64,000 bases of DNA from the human T2T-CHM13v2.0 reference genome, Homo sapiens (GCF_009914755.1 NC_060928.1); one strand, 5' to 3'; positions 35,800-54,522 are shown, counted from the first letter of the stretch. A program made the numbers and translations. The notes: generated by a model from the sequence alone, not told the origin.

Positions 35800-36425
35800 T
35801 GGAGAACCTGTTGTAATGACCTAATGGGCATCCTAGTCCTGAGCACCCAGTAAGTACACAAGAAAATCTGCCAATAAAGAGAATGTTCACAGACTGCCTT
35901 TACCACATCTGTCCACTTATCAGCATCTGAAGCTACATCTTCATATGGATGAATTTCCTGTGTTCCTATCTGAAACCAATCCTTCCACTTTGCACTAGAC
36001 CCCTTTCCCTCTTGCCTACCCAAGACATTGTTCCAACAGTTCTTCTTTCTCCTACATTGGAATGTTTCCTCTTCTTCTTCAGGATCATTCCCATCTGCAG
36101 ACACACATGCTCTTGTTTCTCCTGTTCTTCAACATGCACAGGCACGCAGGCATGGGCACACACTGCACTTTCCTTTGACGAATACTTCCCCAGCTAGCTA
36201 CTGTCATACTTGTTTGAGAGTGAAAAGCTTTCCAGATGTGTCTGTACTCACTGTCTCTAAGCTTCGTCCCCTCACTTTCTCTTAAACCCGCTCTTACCCA
36301 GTTTTTAGTTCTACCCATTCCATCAAATCTGCCCTCCTTGGCTGAGGCTGCTGGATCCACCCATCAGTTCTCAACCCTCCTTTTAACTTGATCCCTTAGT
36401 AGCATTTGATACTTTGGGTCACTCC
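35800..36425 (+). mobile_element. L2 body fragment, continuing after 37344 and at 38510-39200
   Basis: Pyrimidine-rich L2-like sequence; 3' end ctcaataaatatttgt at ~39173-39188. Confidence 0.55.
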
Positions 36426-37343
36426 TTTTTTTTTTTTTTATTATACTTTAAGTTTTAGGGTACATGGGCACTACGTGCATGTTAGTTACATATGTATACA
36501 TGTGCCATGTTGGTGCACTGCATCCAGTAACTCATCATTTAACATTAGGTATATCCCAAATGTTATCCCTCCCCGCTCCCCCCACCCCACAACAGGCCCC
36601 GGTGTGTGATGTTCCCCTTCCTGTGTTCATGTGTTCTCATTGTTCAATTCCCACCTATGAGTGAGAACATGCGGTGTTTGGTTTTTTGTCCAAAGGGCTA
36701 ATATCCAGAATCTACAATGAACTCAAACAAATTTACAAGAAAAAAACAACCCCATCAAAAAGTGGGCAAAGGCTGTGAACAGACACTTCTCAAAACAAGA
36801 CATTTATGCAGCCAAAAGACACATGAAAAAATCCTTATCATCACTGGCCATCAGAGAAATGCAAATCAAAACCACAATGAGATACCATCTTACACCAGTT
36901 AGAATGGCGATCATTAAAAAGTCAGGAAACAACAGGTGCTGGAGAGGATGTGGAGAAATAGGGACACTTTTACACTGTTGGTGGGACTATAAACTAGTTC
37001 AACCATTGTGGAAGTCAGTGTGGCGATTCCTCAGGGATCTAGAACTAGAAATATCATTTGACCCAGCCATCCCATTACTGGGTATATACCCAAAGGATTA
37101 GAAATCATGCTGCTATAAAGACACATGCACACGTATGTTTATTGTGGCACTATTCACGATAGCAAAGACTTGGAACCAACCCAAATGTCCAACAATGATA
37201 GACTGGATTAAGAAAATGTGGCACATATACACCATGGAATGCTATGCAGCCATAAAAAAGGATGAATTCATGTCCTCTGTAGGGACATGGATGAAGCTGG
37301 AAAAACCATCATTCTCAGCAAACTATCGAAAAGACAAAAAACC
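36426..37343 (-). mobile_element. Short L1PA (about PA3-4) with 5' inversion
   Basis: Poly(T) plus reverse 3'UTR 36426-36690 joined to forward ORF2 C-terminus 36691-37343. Confidence 0.92.
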
Positions 37344-37504
37344 CTTCTGATCTTCTTTCTGTTTCACTTGGTTTCCAGGACACCAGACCCTTCTAGTTTT
37401 CTGCCTACATTAGTGCTTGCTTCTTCTCAGTCTCCTTTGCTATTTCTTCCTTTCTCTCCAACCTTATTTTATATTTTGTTTTTATAGAACAAACTGTAAA
37501 ACAA

Positions 37505-37772
37505 ACTTTGTCATCCAGGGTGGAGTGCAGTAGTGCAGTCATAGCTCACTGCAGCTTTGAACTCCTAGGTTCAAGCAATCCTCCCGCCTCAGCCTCCCTA
37601 GTAACTGGGACTACAGGAGCACACCAACTCCCAGCTAAGTTTTTTATTTTTTTGTAGAGAGGGAGTCTCGTTTTGTTATCCAGACTGGCCTCGAACTCTT
37701 GGCTTCAAGTGATCCTCCTACTTCGGGCTCCCAAAGTACTGAGATTACAGGTGTGAACCACTGCACCTGGCC
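37505..37772 (-). mobile_element. AluJ-like
   Basis: Reverse Alu dimer. Confidence 0.9.
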
Positions 37773-37864
37773 CACACAACGTAGCTGGAGTATCTGAGAG
37801 TATAAACATCAGAACTTTTCTTCGTTTGATCTAAATACATTTTATTGGAGACTTTACTTAGTCT

Positions 37865-38500
<636 letters not shown>

Positions 38501-38849
38501 AGGGTATATAGCTTTAAAACACCATGCTGACGACAATAACTCCTGAATTTATTTCAAAATTCCAGGCCTTTCTCCCACACTCCAGAAGTACATCTATTAA
38601 TATCTCCACTTGGATGTCTAATAGACAAGCTCAACTCCTGATGTCCCATCTCAGTTAAAGGCAACTCTGTCCCCAAGGTGGTCACATCAAAAGCCATGGA
38701 GTGAATCCTGGACTCCTATTCTTCTCACAGCCCACATCCAATTCTGGCTCTGTAGAAATCCTGTTGGTGCTACCTTCAAAACATATCCAGTGTCCAACTA
38801 CTTTTGGCCACCTTCACTACTTCCATCCTTTCTGGTGTCACCATAACCA

Positions 38850-39023
38850 TGTGTGTGTGTGTGTGTGTCTGTGTGTGTGTGTTTTGAGATGAGCTCTTGC
38901 TCTGTCACCCAGGCTATGCTCCATCATAGCTCACTGCAACCTTGAACTCCTGGTCTCAAGTGATCCTCCTGCCTTGGCCTCCCAAAGCACTAGGATCACA
39001 GGCATGAACCACCATGCCCAGCT
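38850..39023 (-). mobile_element. FLAM-like Alu monomer with (GT)n tail
   Basis: (GT)n followed by a reverse monomer. Confidence 0.8.
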
Positions 39024-39425
39024 CAATTACTTGATTTTGATGCTCATATTCTATTGTTTGTCTCCTGTCTCCCCACACTGGAATGTGAGTTCCATGAGGG
39101 CCAGAATCTTCGTCTGTTTTGTTCACTGATGTACCACAGATGGAGAGAACAGAGCTTGGCATACAGAGGACACTCAATAAATATTTGTCAAATGCATTAA
39201 ATCAATAAGTAGAAAAATCAGGTGGTAAGATTTTCCTGGTAATGATGATGATGATGATCATGATGATGCTGATGATAGCTATCTTTTATTGAGCACCTAC
39301 AATGTGCCGTTGACAGGCTATGCACTTTATCTCATTTCATTTTCAAAACAATCACCTAGCATAGATACCTTTATTTACCCTATTTTTCAGATGGAATCTG
39401 AGGCACAGAAAATTTCTGTAATGAC

Positions 39426-39525
39426 GCTGGTCCAAGTGCAGTGGTGTTTACAACTAATAGATCACAACCAGTTACATAACTCTTTGTTCCTTCTCCATTC
39501 CCACTGCTTCACTAGACTAGCCTTT
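39426..39525 (+). pseudogene. Y3 RNA (RNY3) retropseudogene inside a MIR
   Basis: gctggtccaagtgcagtggtgtttacaactaa..gatcacaaccagttaca..cccactgcttcact..gactagccttt; A-rich tail; TSD agaaaattt(c/t)tgtaat at 39407-39422 and 39554-39569. Confidence 0.95.
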
Positions 39526-40140
39526 AAAAACTTTAAAAAAACATTTAAAAAAGAGAAAATTTTTGTAATTTGTCCCAGATCACCACCACTGGAGGAGGCA
39601 GAGCCAAGATTAAACCCAGAGCTGAGTGCTCAACTTCCCCACTATTCTTATGCATTTCTGGAGTGAGTATTAATTAGTGCAGGTTTTCTGGAGGGTAATT
39701 TGACCTCAGCTTTAAAAAGGATATGTTCATACATTTTATTGCAGAGAACTACTGACAGATATGCACAAAAGTCTATGCACACCAACGTTATAATAAACAA
39801 ACAACCAAACAAATAAAAAATCAGGAAGAACCCAACTTATTCATAGCAGGTACATTCATACAATGGAAAACTACGTAGCCAATGATACAACACTTTAAAA
39901 GAATGTAATGACATGGAAAAACCTTCATACCATGTGGTAAGCAGAAACAAAAGAATAACAAGAAACCAGGATATAAAACTGCGTACATGTCATGATCTCC
40001 TAATTTAAAAAATTTATGCATAAAAAATAACTGGAAGGAGGACACCAAAATATTAATAATGGTTCTCCTGATACTGTGATTATGGGTGCCTTTTATATTC
40101 TCCTGAATAAATTTAAGTGTAGCTTTTTACAGAAAAATAA

Positions 40141-40750
<610 letters not shown>

Positions 40751-41728
40751 AAAAAGTTATTTTTAAAAGGAGTCTCTGCTTCAACATTAAAATGTGCTTT
40801 TCCATTTATAAAATATGTTAATAAAATTTATTACAAAATTACACATACCTGAATAGCTGAAATAAAAGATTAGATATCCGTGAAATATCAAAGGGCTCCT
40901 AAGAAGTTAGAATGCAACAACTATATTTCATATACCCAATTTTTTCCAATATATATCCATATATCAATTTTTCCATATATCAAATTTTTGTATTGCATAT
41001 CCTCATCTGGATAAAACATATTGAACCATTTCATTTAAGCACACTAGATTTTCAATGTTTTAGTAAGGTTTAGCTTCTCTTTCCCTTTCTTTTGGAGGTA
41101 TATTCCTTAAAATGATGTTAAGTTCTCTTTGGAGCACTTGGTTCTCTTAACCAGGAGAGAAGTAATTCATTCCATAGCAGAGTGCCTTGATAAGTTGTTT
41201 CAGACATTGCAAATAAAATGTATTTACACTGTTTCATCACATTAAGAAGTTACTGTATTAAACGCATTCCTAGGCAATACTTACATGTAATCTCTCTTAA
41301 CTCCATTCCTGGAGAATTATCTTCTTTACTTGGAAAACATCACTTTTTTTTTTCCTGATTACAAGTCATTCTGAGAGATGTCAGAAACCTATATGGTGCA
41401 AGTGAGTACTGTGGGTTTTCTTAACATCAAAAATAAGATCAATGCCTGAATGATTAGTTAACTTACTAAACAAAGAAAGAAAAGAAAAGGACACCTTTGA
41501 ATTCGCTCATAGAGCAACTTGAAAGATTCAAAAATGTTAATGTTTCTAGGTTAATAGTCATGCGACTGAAGTGACTTTTGAAATATATAATTCCTGAAGC
41601 CTAGATAGAATCTTAACATTCTTGTGGGTTTAAAGGTGAAATGTTTCAAAGGATTGGGAATGAATGTATTAACAGAGAGGCTATGAAGAGAATGAAAGAG
41701 CTAACAGAAAGTGCCACACTGGAGGGGA

Positions 41729-41788
41729 ACACACACACACCAGTGTGCACACACGTGCACAGCCACACACACACACACACACACACAC
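41729..41788. repeat. (CA)n microsatellite, interrupted
   Basis: Direct reading. Confidence 0.9.
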
Positions 41789-42544
41789 CTGTTCATATAG
41801 CTCCTACAGCAAACTGGGCTCAGTTTTGAGAACTTGAATATGAGCCAAATGCCTGCTCAAGGGAATGAGTCCAGCCTAGGTCCGCATAGCCCGAGAGACG
41901 GGGCCAGCTATCGAAGAAAGAATGTAGGAGCCATCAACATCGAAACCAGAAACAATGACTGGAGACCTGAATTCCAAACCTGGAATGTAGAATATAAAGG
42001 AATGGAGAAGCACATTGTTTTCAGAGAATCCCAGAGCTGAAACACTGGGAATAAGAGGAGAAGAATAATTAACATGTATGAAATCCAGAAATCCTGTGGA
42101 CCAGTAATGATCAGCAAAATGCCTGGCCAGGGCTGGAAGCCCCAAGGGCCACTGCCTATGGCTAGTTTTCCCAGCATACCCTAACCTCTTTCAGTGCTGC
42201 TGGGACCTCTGCCCTTCTCATCTCAGGCCCACCTTCCTGCAACCCCTTCAGCAGGGAAGAAATGTCTGCCTGGGAGATCCCTCTCCTAGGATCACGACCT
42301 TCAGGGAGCAGTCAGGCCAGAACATCAGGGTTTCGGAGGCCATAGGGAAGGGAAGGCCACCAGTGCCCTCTCAGAGGCCCCTGCATGGAGCCCATGGTGT
42401 CTGGCATTTTCACCTTTCTATTTGGGTATTATGATATCCACTTTTATTCGTGAGGAAATTGAACTTATTCTGGGTCATTCAGTTCAAAATTAGCAATATT
42501 AAGTTTTAAAATTTCTTCTACTGTTCTCCAAAACTCAGATTCTG

Positions 42545-42840
<296 letters not shown>

Positions 42841-42987
42841 ACCAAAACTCAGATTCTTTTACTTATGACATCATCAAAAGCACATCAGAGTTCTACTCCT
42901 AATAACAAATGTTTAATTTTTAATGAAATGTAGGTGTTAGACCTTTACTAAGTACGGGCAGGAATTTCTGACAGAAGCGGATTTTAG

Positions 42988-43345
<358 letters not shown>

Positions 43346-44289
43346 CCCATTTGTTCTTTCTTTCTCTCTAGTCTTCTTTTATTTCTCCCAATCTTAAGAG
43401 AGAGCTTTAGCTCCTAGGCCTTCATCCAGCCATCCATATCTCTGGTATGGACAAATGCAGTTTTCACCATCATATATCAAATATGTCCTCGAAGCCAACC
43501 CTTTCCCCGACCCGCACATCCAGCCTGGTGCCTTAATCTCACCCTTTGTGGAATTCCGTGCCAGGCCTTATGTTCTAGTGCACACCTTAAAGGGGATCTG
43601 CATATCCAAAAAGCTGTGCTGCTCAGGAAGCAAGGAGGCCAGCCCCTCCGGCTGCTCCCACCATCCTCTCTGTGCTCTTTTCTGGATCTTACTTGCAGTA
43701 GGGCAGGAATTCCAGGCTTTTCATTTTTCCTACCTCTATGAGGAGAAAAAAAGAAAGAATGTTCAGATGGGTGGATAAGGCACATGGATTCCTCCACCTG
43801 AGGACTCCCAGAAAAGCAACTGAAAATGGAACACATGTTTTAATTTTTTCAGATTCAAGCCTCATGTTTTCCAACAGAACACAAATGTGACATGACGCTT
43901 CTCCACGGAAGCAACAAGTGTGGGGTTAAGCAGGGAGAACGAAGGTGGTAACAGAGGCCGGTGTCAAGGGAGTGTGAAGGGAAGGAAGGGCTCTTTGCTC
44001 ACACCATGGGGGGCAGGGGAAGGTGTGGACTTGCCCTTTGTCCTCCTCTGGACTCTTATATGAGGCTGCCTTTTGCTTCCAAATCTGCCAGAACTTGAGA
44101 TGAATGCCCAAGCCATAAAATAAATGGGCTGAGGTTCAAGAAAGCCCACCTAGCCATTCTTACCAATGGTGACCGGAGTTACGTTCATAAACAAATTAGG
44201 AGGATCAGTCACACTGATGGACCAAAAGGTCATACTTATACAGCAGTAATGTCTGTGTGGATATGAAGCACATATGCTGTTCATATTGG

Positions 44290-44830
44290 TATTAAAGTGG
44301 CGGTGGATCAGACATCGGACCTGGCTCAGGGGTTGCCTCCTCAGGAAGCCTTCATTGACTGCTCCTGGCAAGGCCTCCAGGATAGATGGGACTTTGCTCA
44401 TGCGGCAATCCCTCCGGATACCCAGCAGCACATTTACCTGGGATATTCACTCTGTTCATCTATCTCTCTTCTCACTAGCCTGTGACCTCCTTGAGGATGA
44501 GAACAGTGTCCTTCTTGGCTCTCCAATACCAGCACTCAATCTAGGGCCTGGCACACAGTAGGGCTTCAAGACCTGTGTCTTGAGGCACCTTAAGCCTTTA
44601 GGTAGTTGGAGACAGGATAATTAGTGGTTTATTTTCAGGGACCATGGACCCAGACCTCCTAGGGCTGAATCCTTCTATCAGCTCACAATAACTGTAGGCT
44701 CTTAGTCCTCAATTTCCTCATCTGTAAAATGGAACTCTGATTGGTACCCACCTCTTTAGACTTTTGAGTGCTGAATGAGATAATTATTTTAAAAGTTTAG
44801 CCCAGGGCCTGCCTAGTAGCAGTTCAGTAG
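44290..44830 (+). mobile_element. L2 3' fragment followed by MIR
   Basis: gcctggcacacagtagg; cctcaatttcctcatctgtaaaatgg. Confidence 0.6.
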
Positions 44831-45163
44831 TGATTCATTTAACAATAGCTAATCTTACTATATCATTAGGCAGAGAGCTTTTCTGAGCAAGAGCAAATGG
44901 AGTCTAGTTCTGTCCCTTTCTTTGCCTTGAATCCAGGTTTCAGAGAGTGATTCATCCTAAATCCTGCTTCTCCCTATATGGCATGTAAACCCTTCCAGAT
45001 TCCTGGAAACTACATCCTGGTTGTTTATCTCAGCAAGGTGAGCCGTCGACCGAAGGCTCGTGACCACTATCTCGAAAAGCAGGTCAGTTTAACTTTGGTA
45101 TTTCTGAGGAAGCTGATGACATCAGTCCATTTCTGGCTATTTGATGATTTCCTCCTGGTTGCT

Positions 45164-45560
45164 GTATGTCTTAGTCCATTTTCTGTTGCAATAACAGAAT
45201 ACAATAGACTGGGTAATTTATAATAAACAGAAATTTATTTCTCACATATTTCCAGAGGCTAGGAAGTCCAAGATCAAGGTGCTGGGATCTGGTGAGGGCT
45301 TTTGTGCTACATTAGCTCATGGCAGAAGGTGGAAGGGCAAATGAGTACACAAGATAGGGAAAATTGGACCAAATGCATCCTTTTTTCAGGAGCCCTGTCC
45401 CACAACAACTAATCGGCTCTGGTGATAATGGCATTAATCCATACATGAGGACAGAGCCCTCACGACCTAATCACCTTTTAGAGGTCCCACCTTTTAACAC
45501 CATCACAATGACAACTAAATTTAAAATGGGTTTTGAAGGCCACATTCAAACCATAGCACT
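45164..45560 (-). mobile_element. MSTD/MLT1A-like MaLR LTR
   Basis: tgtcttagtccattttctgttgc..cacattcaaaccatagca. Confidence 0.85.
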
Positions 45561-45894
45561 GGGTTACAGGATGAACACTGGAAAGATGGAGCCATGTTTA
45601 GTTCCTTGGTACTTCTAGATATTTAAATAGCTCACAGATTGGGTATTTCTCAAAATTAACATCCTCCTTAAAAATGAATACTCACTCTCACCCTCTGCCA
45701 AGTCCTTTTATTATTATAACCTCATTAATTGTCGTAACACTTCTATGAGAAGGGCCAGATAGCCTCCCTTTTACAAATCAGATATTAAAGTCCCAGAGAA
45801 GTTAAGTGAATTGTCAGGGTCACACAGAAAACAGCAATGTGTGTGTTGCGGGAACACTATAGAACTCAGGACTCTTGACAATGAGACCAGTTGA

Positions 45895-46547
45895 CTCAGT
45901 TTGGATACCTGTCCTCCCCAAATCTCATGTTGAAATTTGATCCCCAGTGTTGGAGATGGGACCTGCTGGGAGGTGTTTGGGCCGTGGGAGTGGATCCCTC
46001 ATGACAGGCTGCAGAGAATTGCCACTCTCCCATCAAGAGTACAGTCTATTTCTCCACCTCCTTGAATCTGTGTAGGTCCTGTGACAGATGCACTCACAGA
46101 ATATGGCAGAAGTGACTCTCCACCTGTTCCTGGTGTGACCCTTCACTGGCCCATACTTGTCATAACACTTTGGCCTGGCAGCTTCGGTTTCTACCTTTAG
46201 AAGCCAGTTGTCAAGTAAGAAGCGCAGGTACACTGAAGCCACCATACTGCACGAAGCCCAGGTGAAGTGGGGGAGGCCTGGGGGGCAAAGCACTACATGA
46301 AAAAAGAAAGTCCAGAAGGCACTGAGGCACCAGCCATATGAGGGAGCCATTTTGAGTGTCCCGCTTGGGTGAGCCTTTGGATGACTGCAGCCCCGGATGC
46401 CATCTGATTGTGATCTTGAGACTCTAGATGAGAATCTCCTGTCTGATCCCAGCCAAAGCACAACTTTGTGAGCGGTAATAATACATTTTGGTTTAAATCC
46501 ATTTGGTTTTGAGGTGGTTTGTTATGCAGCAATACATAATGTGAACA
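45895..46547 (+). mobile_element. MST 5' fragment plus MLT1E/F-like LTR
   Basis: cccaaatctcatgttgaaatttgatcccc; atgactgcagcccc..ggtggtttgttatgcagcaata. Confidence 0.7.
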
Positions 46548-46887
46548 CTGGCACAGAATAGGCAGTTGGTAAATACTTATCAAAAGAACAATTAATAGAT
46601 TTTGTTCTTTTCATTCTTTGATTGCTGGAAGCTAAAAGGCCCACAGTAATTCTTAGTCAGACCGAGGATCAGAATGTCTTCCAGGGTGGAAGTCTGTCCT
46701 GTATCACAACATCCTTACCAGAGGCCTGTGATTTAATCCTTGCAAGACTAGACCAAGAAGAAGACAACTTCTGCAAGAGTAGGTCTGGGAACTGAGGGTG
46801 CATCATGGGAGATAAGACCAGGGCAGTTGGCAGGTTGTCCCTGGCCTCTTTGCTTATTGTGGCATATGTCATCTTTATTTTTTTAGT

Positions 46888-47217
<330 letters not shown>

Positions 47218-47357
47218 TGAGTGAGACAGGCAGAAGGCAAGGAAGTCCATGGAATGCAAAAGATAGAGAGGTGAGCAGTGGCTGTGACTGTCTCTGGGCA
47301 GTGGAGTTACAACCAATTTAAAATATGTCCTTCTTTTTGTTAATTTGTATTTTCTAA

Positions 47358-47698
<341 letters not shown>

Positions 47699-47824
47699 AA
47701 TAAACTTTTATTTAACAATTTCACTTGTGCTGTGAACTTTGCAGAAGGCCAAAACAACCACACCAAAATTGTAACAAGACAAAACAACCAAATAGAAACC
47801 CAGCCTCCAAAATTACATTCTCTT

Positions 47825-49340
<1,516 letters not shown>

Positions 49341-50470
49341 AGTAAATATCATGAAAAATTACATTCTCACCAGCTAATCATTTTTTTTCAGTCTTCAAGG
49401 CCATTATTTCAGGAAATAAAGAAATATGCCATCCTAAAGTAGCTTATAAAGGGCAAATGAGAGTGAGCCTTGGGTAGGGTGTGGCAAGGGGGTGGCAACT
49501 GTCTGGAAGCCAGGTGCAGAGGACTCTCTCATCTTTATTTTTCCATGGAATATTTAGTTTCCTCAGCTTGGTCCCTTAGTGTCCCATCTAGCAGCATCTT
49601 GGATTCATCAAACACTCTGATTTATAATTATCCAGCATTAAGTTGCTCTTTGGCAACAATTTTTGGTGATTCTGCTCATTGGTGTGTGATTAATTACACC
49701 CTATTAAGAGACCAGTATATATTCTGTGGGAGTGTAACCTTGTCTAATTTGTGGAGAGCAGCTTTCAGTGCAGCCAGCTCAGGAACCATTTAATACTGAA
49801 TCACCAGCAAAGAATCATTGCTTCTAAAGCAGGCAGCTCAGGATTTGGAAATCTGATGAGGAAAAAATAAAATAAAACCAGAAAAATTAGTTTGGGAAGG
49901 GAACAACTCCACCTCCCCAGTTAGGTACTCCCAGGGGTCTCCTAAGGGTAGGTTCACAACTATTTAATGTCATTTGATTCAACTGACACTTACTGACTCC
50001 TGCTTTATGTCAGGAGCTGTTTGGGCCACTGGCTCCACATAACACATGGCATTCATTCATTCATTCATTCATTTAGTAAGAATTTAGTGAGCATCTATTA
50101 TGTCCCAAGCATATTCTAGATCTAGATTCTTTTCTTACATCACACCAGGGTAGGAATTTCTGTTTTGTGCATTGATATAACACAGGAATCTAGACCTAGA
50201 ACAATGCTTGGCACATAATAGATGCCCACTAAATTCTTACACACACACACACACACTCCTCCTGATGCTCTTTACCCTCTTCTAGTGGAAAGGAAGAATA
50301 ACAATAAATCTTATACATAAGCAAATAATCTAGTATATTAGCAGGTGGCAAGTGCTACAGAAAATAAGAAAGACAGGAGGAGATACAGACAGAGGAGTGA
50401 CAGAGGGATGAGGGAAGTGAGGAGGCCAGAGCATGCAGGGCCTCTCAGGGTGTTGTAAAACCTTGGGTGC

Positions 50471-50810
<340 letters not shown>

Positions 50811-51371
50811 TTACTGAGCACCTATTGTATGTCTAATACTGTACATAGTTACTTCTTCACCTACACCATCTCAGCTATTCCTCACAAGGGCCACGTAAGG
50901 AAGATTTCCTCCCCTTTACTTCACAGACAGGAAACTGTATTATTTAACACGGTTGTATAACTAGTGAGTGTTTGAGTTGGGACCCAGAGCCAGTCTCTTT
51001 GCCCCAAAGCCCACACTCTTTCTACTCCATCACATAACCTTGCAAGAAGTGCAATAAAAATGCAATGACCTGGGCAATACTGAGAATAACATGAATACAC
51101 CTGCAGCTTCAAATCATCGTAACAGAGCAAACACTTTTCAAGAGCTTTATACATCATACATATCAACTCATCTCATCTTCTCCACAATCCTATGAGGGCC
51201 CATCAGGATGTTCCCCATTTTTTAGATGAAGAATCTGAGAGGTCAATTGACCTGCGTGTCATGCAACTAGTAAATGGTGGATCCAAGCTCTGAGCCAAAG
51301 TGGCTGGCTCTGTGTTCATAACCACCGCACTCTGTTGATTCATTCATTTATTCAGAATTATTTGTTGAACA

Positions 51372-51867
51372 CTGTGGCAGGAAGGATAATTGCCCCCTCA
51401 AAATGTTCATATTTTAATCCTGGAACCTGTGAATATTCTATTTTACATGACAAAAGGGACTTTGCAGGTGTGATTATGTTAAGAACCTTGAAATGGATAT
51501 CTGGGAGTATCCCAGCAGGCCCAGTCTTTAAAAGCAAGTCCTTAAAAGTGAGAAACCTTCCTGACTGTGGTCAGAGGGAGTTGTAACTGTAGAAGAAGGG
51601 TCAGAGCAATGCATTGTGAGAAGGACTTGACCCCCCTGCCCTGATCAGTTGCTGACTTTGAAGATGGAGGATGGACATGAGCTAAGAGGCAAGAAAATGG
51701 ATTCTCCCCTAGAGCCTCCAAAGGAAACCAGTCCTGCTGACACTCTGATATTAGCCCGGTGAGATCATGTGGGACTTCTGCCTTACAGAACTGTAAGATG
51801 ATACATTTGTGTTGTTTTAAGCCATTTAGCTTACGGTAATTTGGTAGCACAGCCATAGAAAATAAAC
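51372..51867 (+). mobile_element. MLT1D-like MaLR LTR inside an L2 remnant
   Basis: tgtggcagg..aatcctggaacctgtgaatat..ggattctcccctagagcctcca..cagaactgtaaga. Confidence 0.85.
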
Positions 51868-52119
51868 ATGACCACCTACTATGTGCCAGCACTGTTGTAG
51901 TCACAGAGGATATGGGAGTGAAGAAAATACAGCAGAGTAACTCATGGTGCCTATGATAGCAAAACACTGGGAAAAATTGTGGAGAGAAGCAGCATGAAGT
52001 CACCGTGGCCTAGGAAATGCCTTCCTTTCCCTCCATACCCTAAGGTTGGAGTCAGCAATCCTGTGCTACTGGAGAGGAGAAGGCTGCACCTTCTGTCCAG
52101 AGCTTTACTCAATTAAGTA

Positions 52120-52440
52120 CAGTCTGCCTTCTGTGTCCTTGAATTCAGCATCTGGAGATCCAATCAAATGCAGATACAAAATCTCTGGGGAAAAAAATAG
52201 AAAATAACAATAAAACAATACAAATAATACAAAAAAATATAGTGTAACAACTATTTACATAGTTTTACATTGTATTAAGTATTACAAGTAATCTAGAGAT
52301 GATTTAAAGTATACAGGAAGATGTGCATGTGTTATATGCAAATACTATGCCATTTTATATAAGGAACTTGAGCATCTGCAGATTTTGATATCTTTGAGGG
52401 TCCTGGAACCAATCCCCTTCAGATCCTGAGGGATTATTAT
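52120..52440. mobile_element. Tigger/MER2-family DNA transposon remnant
   Basis: aacaactatttacatag..gtaatctagagatgatttaaagtataca..gtcctggaaccaatcccc. Confidence 0.8.
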
Positions 52441-52586
52441 ATTTGCTTTTCAGGCTTTAAGCAGTCTTGAATTTGAATCTGAGCTCCTCACTTCTTGGCT
52501 TAAGCATGTCTATGAATCTTCTGAGACCATCTCCTCATCTGCAAAATGTGGGTATTGAAACATACTTTACAACTACATATGTATGT

Positions 52587-53009
52587 TGTATTATGTATCT
52601 GTTCTTATACTGCTATAAAAAGAGACTGGGTAAGTTATAAAGAAAAGAGGTTTAATTGGCTCACAGTTCTGCAGGCTGTACAGGCAGCACAATGCTGGTA
52701 TCTACTTGGCTTCTGAGGAGGCCTCAGGAAACTTACAAACATAGCAGAAGGCAAAGGGGAAGCAGGCATGTCTTACATGGCCAGCGCAGGAGGAAGAGAG
52801 AGAGAGGGCAGAGGTGCTGCATGCTTTTAAATAACCAGATCTTAACAGAACTCACTCACTATCATGAGAACAGCACCAGGAGGTGGTGCTAAACCATTCC
52901 TGAAGGACCGCCCCATGATCCAATCACCTCCCACAAGGCCCCACCTCCAACACTGGGGATTACATTTGGACATGAGATTTGGTGGAGACACAGATCCAAA
53001 CCATATCAT
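52587..53009 (-). mobile_element. MSTA-like MaLR LTR
   Basis: aagaggtttaattggctcacagttctgcaggctgtacagg..cagatccaaaccatatca. Confidence 0.88.
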
Positions 53010-54522
53010 ATGTGTATAGACTTTTATAAAAAAATCTGTGTCTATAGCTATAATTTAAATGACACTTGTGGGGTTGCTGTATCAACCTGCTATACCTGGT
53101 TTTAGATTTCACGCTACAGTAAAGAGTTAAAAAAATCATCTTATTTAAGGACCACACAACAAATCAGAGTAATATACATGTCAATCTCTTACCTTTGGGG
53201 GTAAAATAATGGGACATTTCCATTTTCTACTTTTATATATTGTTAATTAAAATAAAAAAACTTTAATATTTTTGTAAGCAGGAAAAAATAAAGATAAAAT
53301 GAAAATGATAGTAAAGACCCGAATTACATACCTGTCAGGCTTCTTGGGAGCATTAAATAAGCTCTTGGTGCTTGAGAAAGAGCATCAAGGGAGGACGTGG
53401 GAAGAGATACAGCACTTGAGCCATAAAGTTCAATGCTAATCAATATTGTGGTCATGAACCTGAGATCCTGTAGGATTCTGAAGCAGAGTCTGTTCAGTGT
53501 TGGATACTTTCTGGACTAGTACATTTAATTTTATTGTAATTATTTGGAGGATGGCAAATTCTTTGTAGATAGAATCAGAGTTTTATTTCTCTTGAATCCC
53601 TGACAGCTCCTAGGGTAATGCCTAACTACATCATAGGTGGTGAATACTTTTTAACTAATTGATGAATTTATGTTTCATGTACATTACATATAGTAACTTA
53701 TTGTTGAGTGAGCTAGAATACTCCATATGGGAAGTGGACTAGAATGTACTATATTGTACCCTGGTGTTAAAGAACAAGTGCCACTTGGGGCTTATAAAGA
53801 ACTATTTGGAAAAATTCATTACATCTAAAGATAAACTTGGTGGGAACACTGCAAATAACTTATGAAGCCATCAATACCTTGATTCCAAACCAGAAATAGC
53901 AGACAGTTTGAGAAAAGAAAATTATAGATCAATTCTATTCATGAATATAGACATGAAAATTTTTAACAAAATATTGGTTAACTTAATCCAGCAATTTATA
54001 AAAAATAATAATAAAACAGCTGTTTGAGAATACTAGTTTAATATTCAAAAATCAAACCATGTGTTACATTGTACTAACAGTCTAAAGAAGAAAAACCACA
54101 TGATCATATCAATTGATGTAAAAAAAGCACTTGACAAAATTCAACATCCACTCATAAAAACATTCAGAAAACTAGGAATAGAAACCAATCCAAATTTCGA
54201 TATCTAATTTTACTAGTTTTAATTATAAACACTCAGCAAACTAGAAAGAGAAGGAAACTTCCTCACTCTGATAAACGATATCTACAAAAACCTATAACTG
54301 GCATCATACTTAATGTACTTAATGGTGAAAGACAGAACACTTTCCCTTCAGGATTGGGAACAAGATAAGGTTTTCCATTCTCAATGTTCTTGTCCATCAT
54401 CATATTGAAAGTTTCTAGCCAGTGCAACAAGGTAAGAAAAAAAATAGGCATATAGATTGGAAAGGAAAAAAAAAACTGTTTGCAGATGACCTGACTGTTT
54501 ACATAGAAAGTTCAAGGAATCT

